Assembly (NCBI GenBank): GCA_963783575.1
Contig: CAWAOD010000005.1
Location: 416,001 to 480,000 of the forward strand
DNA: 64,000 bases
Source of the DNA: an uncultured Spirochaetota bacterium
GTDB lineage: Bacteria > Spirochaetota > Brevinematia > Brevinematales > JAOACQ01
Direction of reading: 5' to 3'
In this document: piece by piece, positions 31,543 through 41,128 of the stretch
Numbering within the stretch: position 1 is the first letter of the stretch
How the letters are laid out: each line of letters opens with the position of its first letter
Program-made: the position numbers and the translations under genes
The notes under the pieces: generated by a model
The model's database searches: none
Told to the model about the DNA's origin: nothing
The model's input: the letters and a program-made list of their open reading frames with translations, nothing else

Positions 31543-32397
31543 CTACCTCACATGAATTCGAACAGTTACATTTACCCCCGGAATAAGATTGATTCCGGCA
31601 TCCATTATATCAATTTTTACCTGTATTTCCTGAACAACCTTGGTAAATGTGCTGCCGGATGATGTTGGTAAAAGGGAAAAAATTGAATTGGCAGCATGGC
31701 CGATTGATTTTACTTTACCTTTAAATTTTATACCTCCGAATTGATCGATACTGATATCAACCTGCTGGCCGGGCTTTACCAGGTCGATCAATTTTTCACT
31801 GATATTGGCTGAAACCCATGCGTTTTTGATATCTGCAATCATTACCGCCGTTTGGCCTGCCTCAAGTATATTTCCCGTAACGGTGTTTTTTAGGATAACA
31901 ATTCCTTCAGCCGGGCTTTTCAGGTAAGTCCGGTTTAATGCGATTTTTGCCAGCCTGAGATCGGCTTGAGCACTGCCATAATCGAACCGGGCATTGTCGA
32001 ACTGCTGTTTTGTGAGTCCCGAATTATCCAGAAGAGCCTGGTCTCTGTGAAGTATGGATTCGGTATATTCGCTTCTCGCTTCGGCGCGGTCATACTGTGC
32101 CTGGGCAACACTGTGATCCATCTCAATCAGAAGCATTCCCTGGGTAATGCTTTCCCCTTCTTTTACATAAACCGCCTGAATTTGCCCTCCAGCCCCAAGA
32201 TTGGCGATTTTCACAATATCGGCGTTAATTCGAGCATCTTCAGTTGTAATGTAAGGCCTGTAATCAAAATACCATATACGGAATCCGAGGATTGAACCCC
32301 CGGTTATGACTATTAATGTTATGAATAACTTTATTATCCTGCCAAAAAGCCCTTTTCCATTTTCTTTTTGAATCTTGGTTTCAGTTTCCTGTGCCAT
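31543..32397 (-). CDS. HlyD/EmrA-family efflux adaptor
   Basis: TM anchor, TEDA, FSLLP...FTKVVQ motif. Confidence 0.88.
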   Translation of the reverse strand: MAQETETKIQKENGKGLFGRIIKLFITLIVITGGSILGFRIWYFDYRPYITTEDARINADIVKIANLGAGGQIQAVYVKEGESITQGMLLIEMDHSVAQAQYDRAEARSEYTESILHRDQALLDNSGLTKQQFDNARFDYGSAQADLRLAKIALNRTYLKSPAEGIVILKNTVTGNILEAGQTAVMIADIKNAWVSANISEKLIDLVKPGQQVDISIDQFGGIKFKGKVKSIGHAANSIFSLLPTSSGSTFTKVVQEIQVKIDIMDAGINLIPGVNVTVRIHVR

Positions 32398-32414
32398 AAA
32401 TCATCTCCTTTATT

Positions 32415-33806
32415 TTATTCCCCGATCAGCCTTTTCATTCTGAGCATGCCGGTGTAATACTCAAGAACGGCACCAAGATAACCGGCTTGCGCCTGGCTCA
32501 TTGCCGCTTCTGCGTCAATAACTTCAAATTCGCTTGAAATTCCGGCTTTGTATCTTTCATCCGCGAGCTTGTAGCCCAATTGAGCCTGATGCTCATTATT
32601 TTCCCTGCTTTTTATATCCTCATGGCTCTGACCGATTTGAATAAGCAATGATTGAACCTGGAGAGAAACGGTATCATAAATCTGATGTTTTTGTATTTCC
32701 AGGATTTTGATGTTTTTTTCTATTTCAATGCGGTTGTTCCAGTTTCTGGATACTACTGGAATCAGGCTGTCAATCGGTATGGTTAATTGCAGGCCTGTAT
32801 TCCAGGATGAATTCCAAGCTCTGTCGATTGGAATTGAGGCATTTGTTTTCTCATAGTTATAATTAAAGTTGAAAAATGCACTTAAAGAAGGCATATTACC
32901 GGCTTCAACTAATTTCCCCTGCAAACTGTATATTTTAATATCTATCTCGATATTTTTAAGTAGTATATTGTTTGAAAGGGCCATACTGATTAGCTTTTCA
33001 GTATTGGTTTCAAATAATATGATATTGGTTGTATCATAAAGACTTCCGACAAATTCGACCGATGACGGATCAGCTATACCGATCTGCTGGCAGAAAGCCA
33101 ATTTTGAGGTTATATAGGAATTACTTACCTGAAGAAGCACTGCCAGATTGTTTTTATATTGAACATCTGCCCTTATGGAATCATACTCCATTGCATTCCC
33201 GGCCAGATAATTCTTTCTTGTATATTCTGCGCTCTCCTTTAAACCGCGGTTTAAATCTTCCGTCATTTTAATATTTTCTTTTATAAGAAAGAGATTGTAA
33301 AAAGATACCGCCGCCCTGGATGCAATTTCCCTTTTCGTATCGTTCAATCTAGCCCGGACAAGATCAAGATTCGCCTGTTTAATGTTCAGGGAATTCAACA
33401 GCCTGAATCCGGCAAAGATGGGTTTTACAATTGAAATTCCGGTCTTATAATTGTCAGTGTAGATATTTGTTAAGACATCCGGTTCAATGGGTAACCCGCC
33501 CAGCGCAGGATTCGGAGTTTTTGTCAGTTCAAAAGATTCCATCATCCCATTTTTAACAGTGTCTGGATCAAGAACAGTATAGCCGGCAGACGCATAAATT
33601 GAGGGCATTGTTAAATCCGCCCTGGCCTCCGCATATTGGGCTTCTGCCACACCCATTTCCTCTTTGGCCCGGCTTATATCAAGATTATTCATAAGAGCTA
33701 GTTCGATAGAATTTGATAAAGTTAGTGTTCTGATTTCTGTAAAAACAGGTTTGGATAAAATCAGAACGAGAATCCCGATCAATATGTACTTCATTTTTAC
33801 CTCCAA
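32415..33806 (-). CDS. TolC-family outer-membrane efflux protein
   Basis: Signal peptide, ALMNN, two OEP repeats, RYKAG.SS.FEVIDA. Confidence 0.85.
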   Translation of the reverse strand: MEVKMKYILIGILVLILSKPVFTEIRTLTLSNSIELALMNNLDISRAKEEMGVAEAQYAEARADLTMPSIYASAGYTVLDPDTVKNGMMESFELTKTPNPALGGLPIEPDVLTNIYTDNYKTGISIVKPIFAGFRLLNSLNIKQANLDLVRARLNDTKREIASRAAVSFYNLFLIKENIKMTEDLNRGLKESAEYTRKNYLAGNAMEYDSIRADVQYKNNLAVLLQVSNSYITSKLAFCQQIGIADPSSVEFVGSLYDTTNIILFETNTEKLISMALSNNILLKNIEIDIKIYSLQGKLVEAGNMPSLSAFFNFNYNYEKTNASIPIDRAWNSSWNTGLQLTIPIDSLIPVVSRNWNNRIEIEKNIKILEIQKHQIYDTVSLQVQSLLIQIGQSHEDIKSRENNEHQAQLGYKLADERYKAGISSEFEVIDAEAAMSQAQAGYLGAVLEYYTGMLRMKRLIGE

Positions 33807-33825
33807 CTTTTACTGGTATTATAAC

Positions 33826-33930
33826 ATACCGGACGCCCGGTATATTAATGTGAATAGTTTCAAAGTATTATAATCCATTACTTGATATAGTATCATCAAA
33901 TTTTCTGCAAATATACCGGCCGTTCGGTTT
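33826..33930. promoter_or_regulatory. Two putative TetR operators (33826-33843, 33913-33930); third at 34587-34604
   Basis: Related 18-bp palindromes ATACCGGACGCCCGGTAT, ATACCGGCCGTTCGGTTT, AAACCGACCGTTTGGTAT upstream of tolC and tetR. Confidence 0.6.
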
Positions 33931-33968
33931 AATATATATGAGACTCTGCCTCGAGGATTCTTTATTGA

Positions 33969-34586
33969 CTAAGCTTTCAATTCCTCATAAAAAGCATCCC
34001 ACAATACCGATACCTCTTTTTTCCAGTCCAGGATTCTTTCTTCAATTACCAATTGCATACTTACACCCTGCTCGATATGATGAAAGAACCTGCTGATCTG
34101 TTCATTGTCCATTTTTGAAATAATCTCACCCTTTTTTTTTGCTATAGATACAACTGCCGTCCAGGCTTCTATTTCCTTATTACTCATTTCTTTCATCTTT
34201 TCAAGAAATTCCGGGTAAATCTTGATTGCATCGAACATTAAAATGAAGTAATTAAATGCTACCTTTCCTTCATTGTTCTCCGTGAATTTTCTAAAGTATG
34301 ACATTGTAATTGTATCCTGATTGTTCAGGTAATCCTGGTAAAATCGATAAAGAGATTCATGGGAATACTTGCTGAAATCAATTGTCATAATTGAATATAT
34401 AAAATAATCCAATATCTCCCGAAAGAGCTGTTCCTTGCTTTCAAAGTAATGGTAAAAAGCGCCTTTCGATAATCCTGTTTTCTTGACAATCTCTTTCATT
34501 GTTACTTCCTTAAAACTTTTCTGTAAAAAAAGTCTAAAGGCTACATTTAAAATATGTTCTTTTGAGTCGCTCATGATCTTCTCCAT
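33969..34586 (-). CDS. TetR/AcrR-family regulator
   Basis: VTMKEIVKKTGLSKGAFYHYFESKE HTH. Confidence 0.92.
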   Translation of the reverse strand: MEKIMSDSKEHILNVAFRLFLQKSFKEVTMKEIVKKTGLSKGAFYHYFESKEQLFREILDYFIYSIMTIDFSKYSHESLYRFYQDYLNNQDTITMSYFRKFTENNEGKVAFNYFILMFDAIKIYPEFLEKMKEMSNKEIEAWTAVVSIAKKKGEIISKMDNEQISRFFHHIEQGVSMQLVIEERILDWKKEVSVLWDAFYEELKA

Positions 34587-34689
34587 AAACCGACCGTTTG
34601 GTATGATATTAGTTTATCTATTATTCTATGATTTGTCAATATTTATTAAATAAATTTTTCCTATCCTCAAGGACAAAGGGGCATGCCCC

Positions 34690-36040
34690 CATAAGCGCTA
34701 ACTTGATTCTTGATATTTTTACAAATCATAGCTATAATATTTATATGGAGGTGGCTATGATTAATGAAGATTGGAATATTTTAGTTTCAATGTTTCCAAT
34801 AGGTTGGCGTGAAAAGGCAAAGGAAACGGGTGCATTAAGGGGATTGCGTAAGTGCAAATCTGAGGAGGACTTGCTCAGAACCCTTTTGATTCATCTGGCT
34901 GGCGGGTTTTCTCTAAGAGAAACAGTAGTAAGGGCTCGTGAAGCCAATTTAGCAGATTTATCTGATGTTGCCTTGCTGAAGCGATTAAGAAAGAGTTCGG
35001 ATTGGTTGGCGTCATTATGTGAAGGTTTATTTGAGGAGCGAGGTGTGAAACTGGAAAATAAAGATGGATTTGAAGTTCGCCTTCTTGATGCTACTGTAGT
35101 TAAAGAACCTGGAAGGACGGGAAGTTTATGGAAGGTTCATTACAGTCTTAGACTACCTACATTCAAGTGTGACTACTTTCGCGTAACTCAAATGAACGGT
35201 ATAGGGACGGGTGAGTCGTTTAAACAATTTGATTTGAAACCGGGTGATTATATTATAGGTGATCGAGGTTATGGTCAGGCTCCGGGAATAAAGTTTGCCG
35301 TTGAGCAGAAAGCTTCTCTATTGGTCCGCATCAGCCCTCATCATGTTGTAGTTAGCGATTCATCCGGTAAGCCATTTAATTGGCTGGATAGATTATCAGA
35401 AGTTTCGAAATCGGGACAAGCATGTTCATGGAATGTTCATTTACAATGCCCTGATAAAACCACTGTTTCCGGTAGAGTTTGTGTTATAAGAAAATCTGAA
35501 CAAGCTATTCTTAAGGCTCACAAACGTATTAAAAAGCATGCTATAAAAAAGAGTCAGAAGTTAAAACCGGAGACACTAATATATGCGGAGTTTGTGATTG
35601 TATTCACAACTTTTGAAGAGTCAAGTTTTCCGCCGGCAGAAATACTGCGATGGTATAGATTACGATGGCAGGTTGAATTAGTATTTAAACGTTTTAAGCA
35701 ACTTGCGGAACTTGGGCATTTGCCTAAATATACAGATGAAAGTTCCAAGGCTTGGCTGTATGGCAAATTGTTTGTGGCCCTGTTAAACGAAAAACTTATC
35801 TGGCAAGCCCAGACTTTTTCCCCCTGGGGTTATGATATTATTAATCAGGGCAGGGATAGTAAGCCGTTGGCGTGAATTTGCATTTATGCTTCATGAAATG
35901 CAGAGAGTAATTATTCCATGCCTTTCGCTTACCGGTATTTTTATAAATTGGATAAGAATTTCCAGAGGACTTATTAATAAAAAGAGAAGAAGAAAAATGC
36001 AAATTGTGGAATATTTTTCCTTAACAAGTTAGCGCTTGTG
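34690..36040 (+). mobile_element. IS4-family insertion sequence (1351 bp)
   Basis: IRs CATAAGCGCTAACTTG / CAAGTTAGCGCTTGTG; 11-bp target duplication GGGCATGCCCC (34679-34689, 36041-36051). Confidence 0.9.
34757..35875 (+). CDS. IS4-family DDE transposase
   Basis: LLDAT, GDRGY, YRLRWQVELVFKRFK (YREK motif); GGAGG RBS before ATG 34757. Confidence 0.9.
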   Translation: MINEDWNILVSMFPIGWREKAKETGALRGLRKCKSEEDLLRTLLIHLAGGFSLRETVVRAREANLADLSDVALLKRLRKSSDWLASLCEGLFEERGVKLENKDGFEVRLLDATVVKEPGRTGSLWKVHYSLRLPTFKCDYFRVTQMNGIGTGESFKQFDLKPGDYIIGDRGYGQAPGIKFAVEQKASLLVRISPHHVVVSDSSGKPFNWLDRLSEVSKSGQACSWNVHLQCPDKTTVSGRVCVIRKSEQAILKAHKRIKKHAIKKSQKLKPETLIYAEFVIVFTTFEESSFPPAEILRWYRLRWQVELVFKRFKQLAELGHLPKYTDESSKAWLYGKLFVALLNEKLIWQAQTFSPWGYDIINQGRDSKPLA

Positions 36041-36215
36041 GGGCATGCCCCCTTATCCTTGAGGATAGGCTTGACCAAATAATAGAAATTTAGTATCAAT
36101 TATAATAATAATAAAGGACCCGCAGCAAGCTGCGAGGTATTATAATGGCACGATAATGGAAGCGAAGCAAGCTTCGAGGAATTAAACCCGAAGAGATTAA
36201 ACCTGGAGGATCAAA

Positions 36216-37331
36216 ATGACCGTAAAATCTTTTATAATTTTTTTCATCTTTATGATAGTTACTTTTACCTGGGCTGAGGATTTGGAATTACCGCTGGTTA
36301 AAATAAAACTGCCCGCGGGTTTTAAGATTGAGGTTTATGCTGATCATATTGAAAACGCAAGAGAAATGGTTTTCTCACCGGCCGGAGTATTATTTGTAGG
36401 ATCGAACAATGCAGGGAAGGTTTATGCAATAACCAGGGATGGAATGAACGGCAGGGCAGGTAAAGTATATGTAATTGCCAGCGGGTTAACGCTTCCCGTT
36501 GGGGTCGCTTATTACAATAAAGCGCTCTATATTTCCGCCGTTAACAGGATACTTCGCCTGGATGATATTGAGGAACACCTGCAAAAACCGCCAATTCCTG
36601 TTATTGTTAGCGATGCATTTCCAAATGCATATATGCATGGATGGAAATTCATCCGGTTCGGACCCGATGCTTTGCTTTATGTTCCTGTCGGCGCGCCTTG
36701 CAATATCTGCAAGCCCGACGATCCACGTTTTGAAACAATCCAGAGAATGAATGCCGACGGCAGCAGCCTTGAGATATTTGCTTCAGGAATAAGGAACAGT
36801 GTTGGTTTTGATTGGAGTCCGCTTACAAAAGAACTCTGGTTTACCGACAATGGAAGGGACTATCTTGGCGATAACCAGCCGCCGGATGAATTGAACCGGG
36901 CTCCTGAAAAGGGAATGAACTTCGGATTTCCGTATGTCCATGGCAGGAATATATTAGACCCGGAATTTAAAAATAAAATACCTCCGGATTTTAAATTCAC
37001 ACCGCCGGAAATGGGACTTGGACCTCATGTCGCGTCTCTGGGTATGCGGTTTTATACAGGGAAGCAGTTTCCAGAACAATATAAGAACCAGATCTTTATT
37101 GCCGAGCATGGGTCCTGGAATAGGTCTGTCCCGATCGGATACCGTGTTACACTGGTACGCCTTGATCCGGCAGGAAAACTTGCCCTGAGTTATGAGGTTT
37201 TCGCGGAAGGATGGCTTGAAGGAAGTTATGCCTGGGGAAGGCCTGCCGATGTTGAAATAGGCCCTGATGGCGCATTGTATGTGTCCGATGATAAAGCTAA
37301 TGCTGTTTATAGAATCTATTATGAGCCTTAA
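36216..37331 (+). CDS. PQQ-dependent sugar/sorbosone dehydrogenase-family protein
   Basis: Signal peptide; GIRNSVG, DNGRD..GD..PPDELN, HGSWNR, GRPADV. Confidence 0.85.
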   Translation: MTVKSFIIFFIFMIVTFTWAEDLELPLVKIKLPAGFKIEVYADHIENAREMVFSPAGVLFVGSNNAGKVYAITRDGMNGRAGKVYVIASGLTLPVGVAYYNKALYISAVNRILRLDDIEEHLQKPPIPVIVSDAFPNAYMHGWKFIRFGPDALLYVPVGAPCNICKPDDPRFETIQRMNADGSSLEIFASGIRNSVGFDWSPLTKELWFTDNGRDYLGDNQPPDELNRAPEKGMNFGFPYVHGRNILDPEFKNKIPPDFKFTPPEMGLGPHVASLGMRFYTGKQFPEQYKNQIFIAEHGSWNRSVPIGYRVTLVRLDPAGKLALSYEVFAEGWLEGSYAWGRPADVEIGPDGALYVSDDKANAVYRIYYEP

Positions 37332-37453
37332 TTTTAAAAAATATTAATTTTAAAAATATTAATTTTCAAAATCCTAACTCTTCCGATACTTGACAAATAT
37401 GATTTATATTGATATTTTATTGTAGCAGATTATCAAAAAAGGAATTTTAGTTT

Positions 37454-38491
37454 ATGGAAGAAAAAAAAACCTCGGAAAGAATAAATAAGCTTAAAAAATT
37501 AAATATTTATGAAAGCTACTGGAGTGATTATAATAAAATCATTCATCAGATTATGGAAGAAAATATCAATATTATCGATTTCAGAAATAATTTAAATAAT
37601 CTTACCGCCAGTATAATTAAAGAAACTGTTAATTATGAGATGTTTTTTATAAAAATGCTGGCCTGCCTCGACACTCCTCATAGGTTCATATCACATTCAT
37701 TAAATACTGGTATATTTGCTTATATATTATCATCATATTTAAATGTTGATAAAAAGATGATTCCGAAAATTATTCAGGCGGCGCTTCTCCATGATATCGG
37801 TAAGCTTAATTACAATGAAAGTATTAAAGGATTATATCTTTACAGGAATGAAGACCCTTCTCAGGTTATTAAATATCACAGTATCTGGGGCAACAGAATT
37901 CTGCAGTATCATCTTAAAAGCGATCCTGAAATAGCGAGAATGGTATTAAACCATCATGAAAGAATTGACGGCTCGGGATTTCCGCGCGGATTAAAAGGCT
38001 CGGATCTAACTATTTATGATAACATTGTTATGACTGCCAATCTTATTGATAATATCATACAAAAAACCAATTATTCCTGTTTTGACGATACCGCTAAAAA
38101 TATTGATATGTTATTGACGAAATACAGCGAAAAATTTATTTTACCGATAAGAAATGTTCTGTATGAGATTTTTACATTAAGAAATGAAGAAAGAAAGCAC
38201 AAACGATACAAAATATACGCAAAGGGCTTACTGGAAAATGACAGCCTTACTACACCGGTTCCCCTTGAAATATTCAACATATCCACAAGCGGTATGGAGG
38301 TTTCAACGCCTGTATCTTTGAACAATAGTATGATTTATACCCTTAATTCAAAAATCTCACAGAACCTGTCGCTTAGAAATAAAGAATGTGAGATTATCTG
38401 GAAGAAGACTGAAAGAGACAAGTTTATATACGGTATGAAGTTTAACAGCCCACAGGATTACGATTTTTCAAAACTGTTAACTGAAGAATAA
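37454..38491 (+). CDS. HD-GYP-domain protein with C-terminal PilZ domain
   Basis: LLHDIGK, HHERIDGSGFP; ERKHKR and NISTSG PilZ motifs. Confidence 0.8.
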   Translation: MEEKKTSERINKLKKLNIYESYWSDYNKIIHQIMEENINIIDFRNNLNNLTASIIKETVNYEMFFIKMLACLDTPHRFISHSLNTGIFAYILSSYLNVDKKMIPKIIQAALLHDIGKLNYNESIKGLYLYRNEDPSQVIKYHSIWGNRILQYHLKSDPEIARMVLNHHERIDGSGFPRGLKGSDLTIYDNIVMTANLIDNIIQKTNYSCFDDTAKNIDMLLTKYSEKFILPIRNVLYEIFTLRNEERKHKRYKIYAKGLLENDSLTTPVPLEIFNISTSGMEVSTPVSLNNSMIYTLNSKISQNLSLRNKECEIIWKKTERDKFIYGMKFNSPQDYDFSKLLTEE

Positions 38492-38505
38492 TACCGGAGT
38501 ATTGA

Positions 38506-39522
38506 ATGGCATTAAAAAATTCTATCACTGACATACCTGGAATAGTTGTAGGCCAGGATCAAAATAATGAAGCTCTTACCGGATGCACTGTAATATTATG
38601 CGAAAAAGGAGCGGTAGGCGGAGTTGATCAAAGAGGCGGCGCGCCAGGTACAAGAGAAACCGACGCTCTTCATACTATGCATCTTGTTGAAAGGGTTCAT
38701 GCAGTCCTTTTGTCGGGCGGGTCGGCTTTCGGCCTTGACGCAGCTTCGGGAGTAGTGAAATATCTTGAGGAAAAGGGCGTTGGTTTTAATGCAGGTGTAG
38801 CTAAAGTTCCAATTGTCCCTGCCGCAATACTTTTCGACCTGAATATTGGCCGTGCCGACATAAGACCAGATGCGGCTATGGCGTACAAAGCCTGTCAGGC
38901 AGCTTCGGGTAAACCTCCGGCCCAGGGAAATTTCGGGGCCGGATGCGGAGCGACTGTGGGGAAAATCCTCGGTTTGGGGCAGGCAATGAAGTCCGGAATC
39001 GGTACTGCAAGTATGGGAATAGGCGGAGGCGTTATTGTCGGAGCGATCGCCGCGGTGAACGCATTCGGAGATATAGTTGATCCGGAGAACGGTGAAATAA
39101 TCGCCGGTGTCAGAAGCATCAATCAGGGCCCGTTAAAAATCGGTTACCAGGGATATTTTGCCGATACGCTTAAAATTATGAAGGGTTTAATCGGACGTAC
39201 AACTATGGGTTTTGCTACAAGACAGCAAACGGTTATTGGCGTGGTTGCCACAAACGCATCATTAAACAAAGAACAAATCAATAAGGTCGCACAGATGGCT
39301 CAGGACGGCCTTGCGCGGACAATCCGCCCGGCACACACAATGCTTGACGGCGATACGATTTTCGCGCTATCTATGGGGAAACATAAAGCCGATGTTAGCA
39401 TTATCGGATCTTTTGCAGCCGAGGTTTTTGCCATGGCGATTTTGAACGCCGTCAAATCGGCAAAAAGCTTGACCGGACTTCCGGCGTATAGCGATATTCC
39501 CGTTCCTGAAAATCAGCAATAA
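38506..39522 (+). CDS. P1-family (DmpA-like) peptidase
   Basis: RGGAPGTRETD, GGSAFGL, PAHTMLDGDTIF. Confidence 0.88.
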   Translation: MALKNSITDIPGIVVGQDQNNEALTGCTVILCEKGAVGGVDQRGGAPGTRETDALHTMHLVERVHAVLLSGGSAFGLDAASGVVKYLEEKGVGFNAGVAKVPIVPAAILFDLNIGRADIRPDAAMAYKACQAASGKPPAQGNFGAGCGATVGKILGLGQAMKSGIGTASMGIGGGVIVGAIAAVNAFGDIVDPENGEIIAGVRSINQGPLKIGYQGYFADTLKIMKGLIGRTTMGFATRQQTVIGVVATNASLNKEQINKVAQMAQDGLARTIRPAHTMLDGDTIFALSMGKHKADVSIIGSFAAEVFAMAILNAVKSAKSLTGLPAYSDIPVPENQQ

Positions 39523-39604
39523 TTATGACTATTAATATATACCAGTTTATCAATCCTCAGAAGAAGTTGTGTGAAAAATAAAATAAAATTTGCAAGGATG
39601 AGTT

Positions 39605-41023
39605 ATGGACAGTAAAAGTCAAAAAACATTACTCCTTGTGGAAGATGAACCCTATATAGCAACAGCCGTTTCTATGCTCTTAAAAGATTATGATTATGAT
39701 ATTATCCATGCTTTAAACGGACAGAAAGCGATAGATACAATGAATGATAATAAATCCTCCATTGATCTGATCCTTATGGATATTAATCTCGGCCTGGGAA
39801 TAGACGGCACGGAAGCGGCTAAAATAATACTAAAAGATCATGATATTCCTGTTTTGTTCCTTTCAAGCCATACGGAACGTGAAATCGTTGATAAAACCAT
39901 AAATATTACTTCCTATGGATATATCACAAAGGATTCCGGTATTTCCGTAATCGACGCTTCAATTAAAATGGCATTCAGACTTCATGAAGCGTATAAGAAT
40001 TTGAAAAAACAGAAAATGGAAATTGAAGTCAAAGATGACGAACTACGATTTTATGAAAAACGATACCGGAGACTTTTTGAAACGGCCAGGGATGGGATAT
40101 TGATTCTTGACGCCGAAAGTGGAATGATTATCGACGTCAATCCTTTTTTAATTGAAATGCTGGGTTATTCGAAAGATCAGTTTCTTAAAAAAAATATCTG
40201 GGATATCAGCGCTTTCAAAAACATCGATTATTCAAAAAAATTATTTAAAGAATTGCAGGATAAAGAATATGTCCGCTATGAAGATTTACCGCTGGAAACT
40301 AATTTCGGAAATCAAATACATGTAGAATTTGTAAGTAATGTTTATTTAGTTGACAGTGAAAAGGTAATCCAATGCAATATCCGTGATATAACCGAAAGAA
40401 AGCTGAGTGAGAAAGCGCTCGCAAATAATATGGACAAAAAGGATGCTTTGCTTAGAGAAATACTGCACCGGACAAAAAACAGCTTTAATATGATAACAAG
40501 TTTAATTCATCTCAGATCCAGCGTTGTTCAATCAGAAGAAACAAAAAACGCGCTTGAAGAATTAACTTTAAGGGTCAAATCAATTTCGGATTTATATACA
40601 TTACTTTATGAAACGGATTCTTATTATAATGTTCAGCTTAAAACCTATTTCAGTAAAGTAATTGAATCGATGCTCAAATTTTCAGAAAGCATAACTATTA
40701 ATAAAGATATTGAAGAAATTACCGTTTCCGCCAAAAACGCGGCTACTATCGGAATGATACTTGTCGAATTATTATCAAACGCGATAAAGTACGCGTTTCC
40801 CGATACTCATAAGGGGATAATAAATATAGAATTGAAAACAATAAATTCTAAATTAATTATGGTAATTGAGGATAACGGCATAGGCCTGCAGGATGATTTT
40901 GATATCAATAAAATAAAAAGCATGGGACTTCATCTTGTAAATTTGATGGTCAGCCAGCTTGACGGCAATATTAAATTCATCACGGAAAATGGAACAAAAA
41001 TCATTATTGAATTCCTGTTATAA
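39605..41023 (+). CDS. Receiver-PAS-histidine kinase (HisKA_2 type)
   Basis: LLVEDE/LILMD receiver, PAS, EILHRTKN, ELLSNAIKYAF, DNGIG. Confidence 0.88.
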   Translation: MDSKSQKTLLLVEDEPYIATAVSMLLKDYDYDIIHALNGQKAIDTMNDNKSSIDLILMDINLGLGIDGTEAAKIILKDHDIPVLFLSSHTEREIVDKTINITSYGYITKDSGISVIDASIKMAFRLHEAYKNLKKQKMEIEVKDDELRFYEKRYRRLFETARDGILILDAESGMIIDVNPFLIEMLGYSKDQFLKKNIWDISAFKNIDYSKKLFKELQDKEYVRYEDLPLETNFGNQIHVEFVSNVYLVDSEKVIQCNIRDITERKLSEKALANNMDKKDALLREILHRTKNSFNMITSLIHLRSSVVQSEETKNALEELTLRVKSISDLYTLLYETDSYYNVQLKTYFSKVIESMLKFSESITINKDIEEITVSAKNAATIGMILVELLSNAIKYAFPDTHKGIINIELKTINSKLIMVIEDNGIGLQDDFDINKIKSMGLHLVNLMVSQLDGNIKFITENGTKIIIEFLL

Positions 41024-41128
41024 TATATTGTAAATCAAGTATTTTTGCCTTTTCTCATTACCTGTTAATTCCAGAAAAATCATTATTCCTGAATTTGACA
41101 TAAAATTAATATTATCTCAAAATTTAAT

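Noticed and set aside
34628..34756. N-terminal extension of the IS4 transposase ORF
   Set aside because: Begins outside the left IR; ATG 34757 has a strong RBS.
1045..40000. Numerous 60-130 aa antisense ORFs in the ORF track
   Set aside because: They shadow well-supported genes on the opposite strand or frame and show no recognisable motifs.
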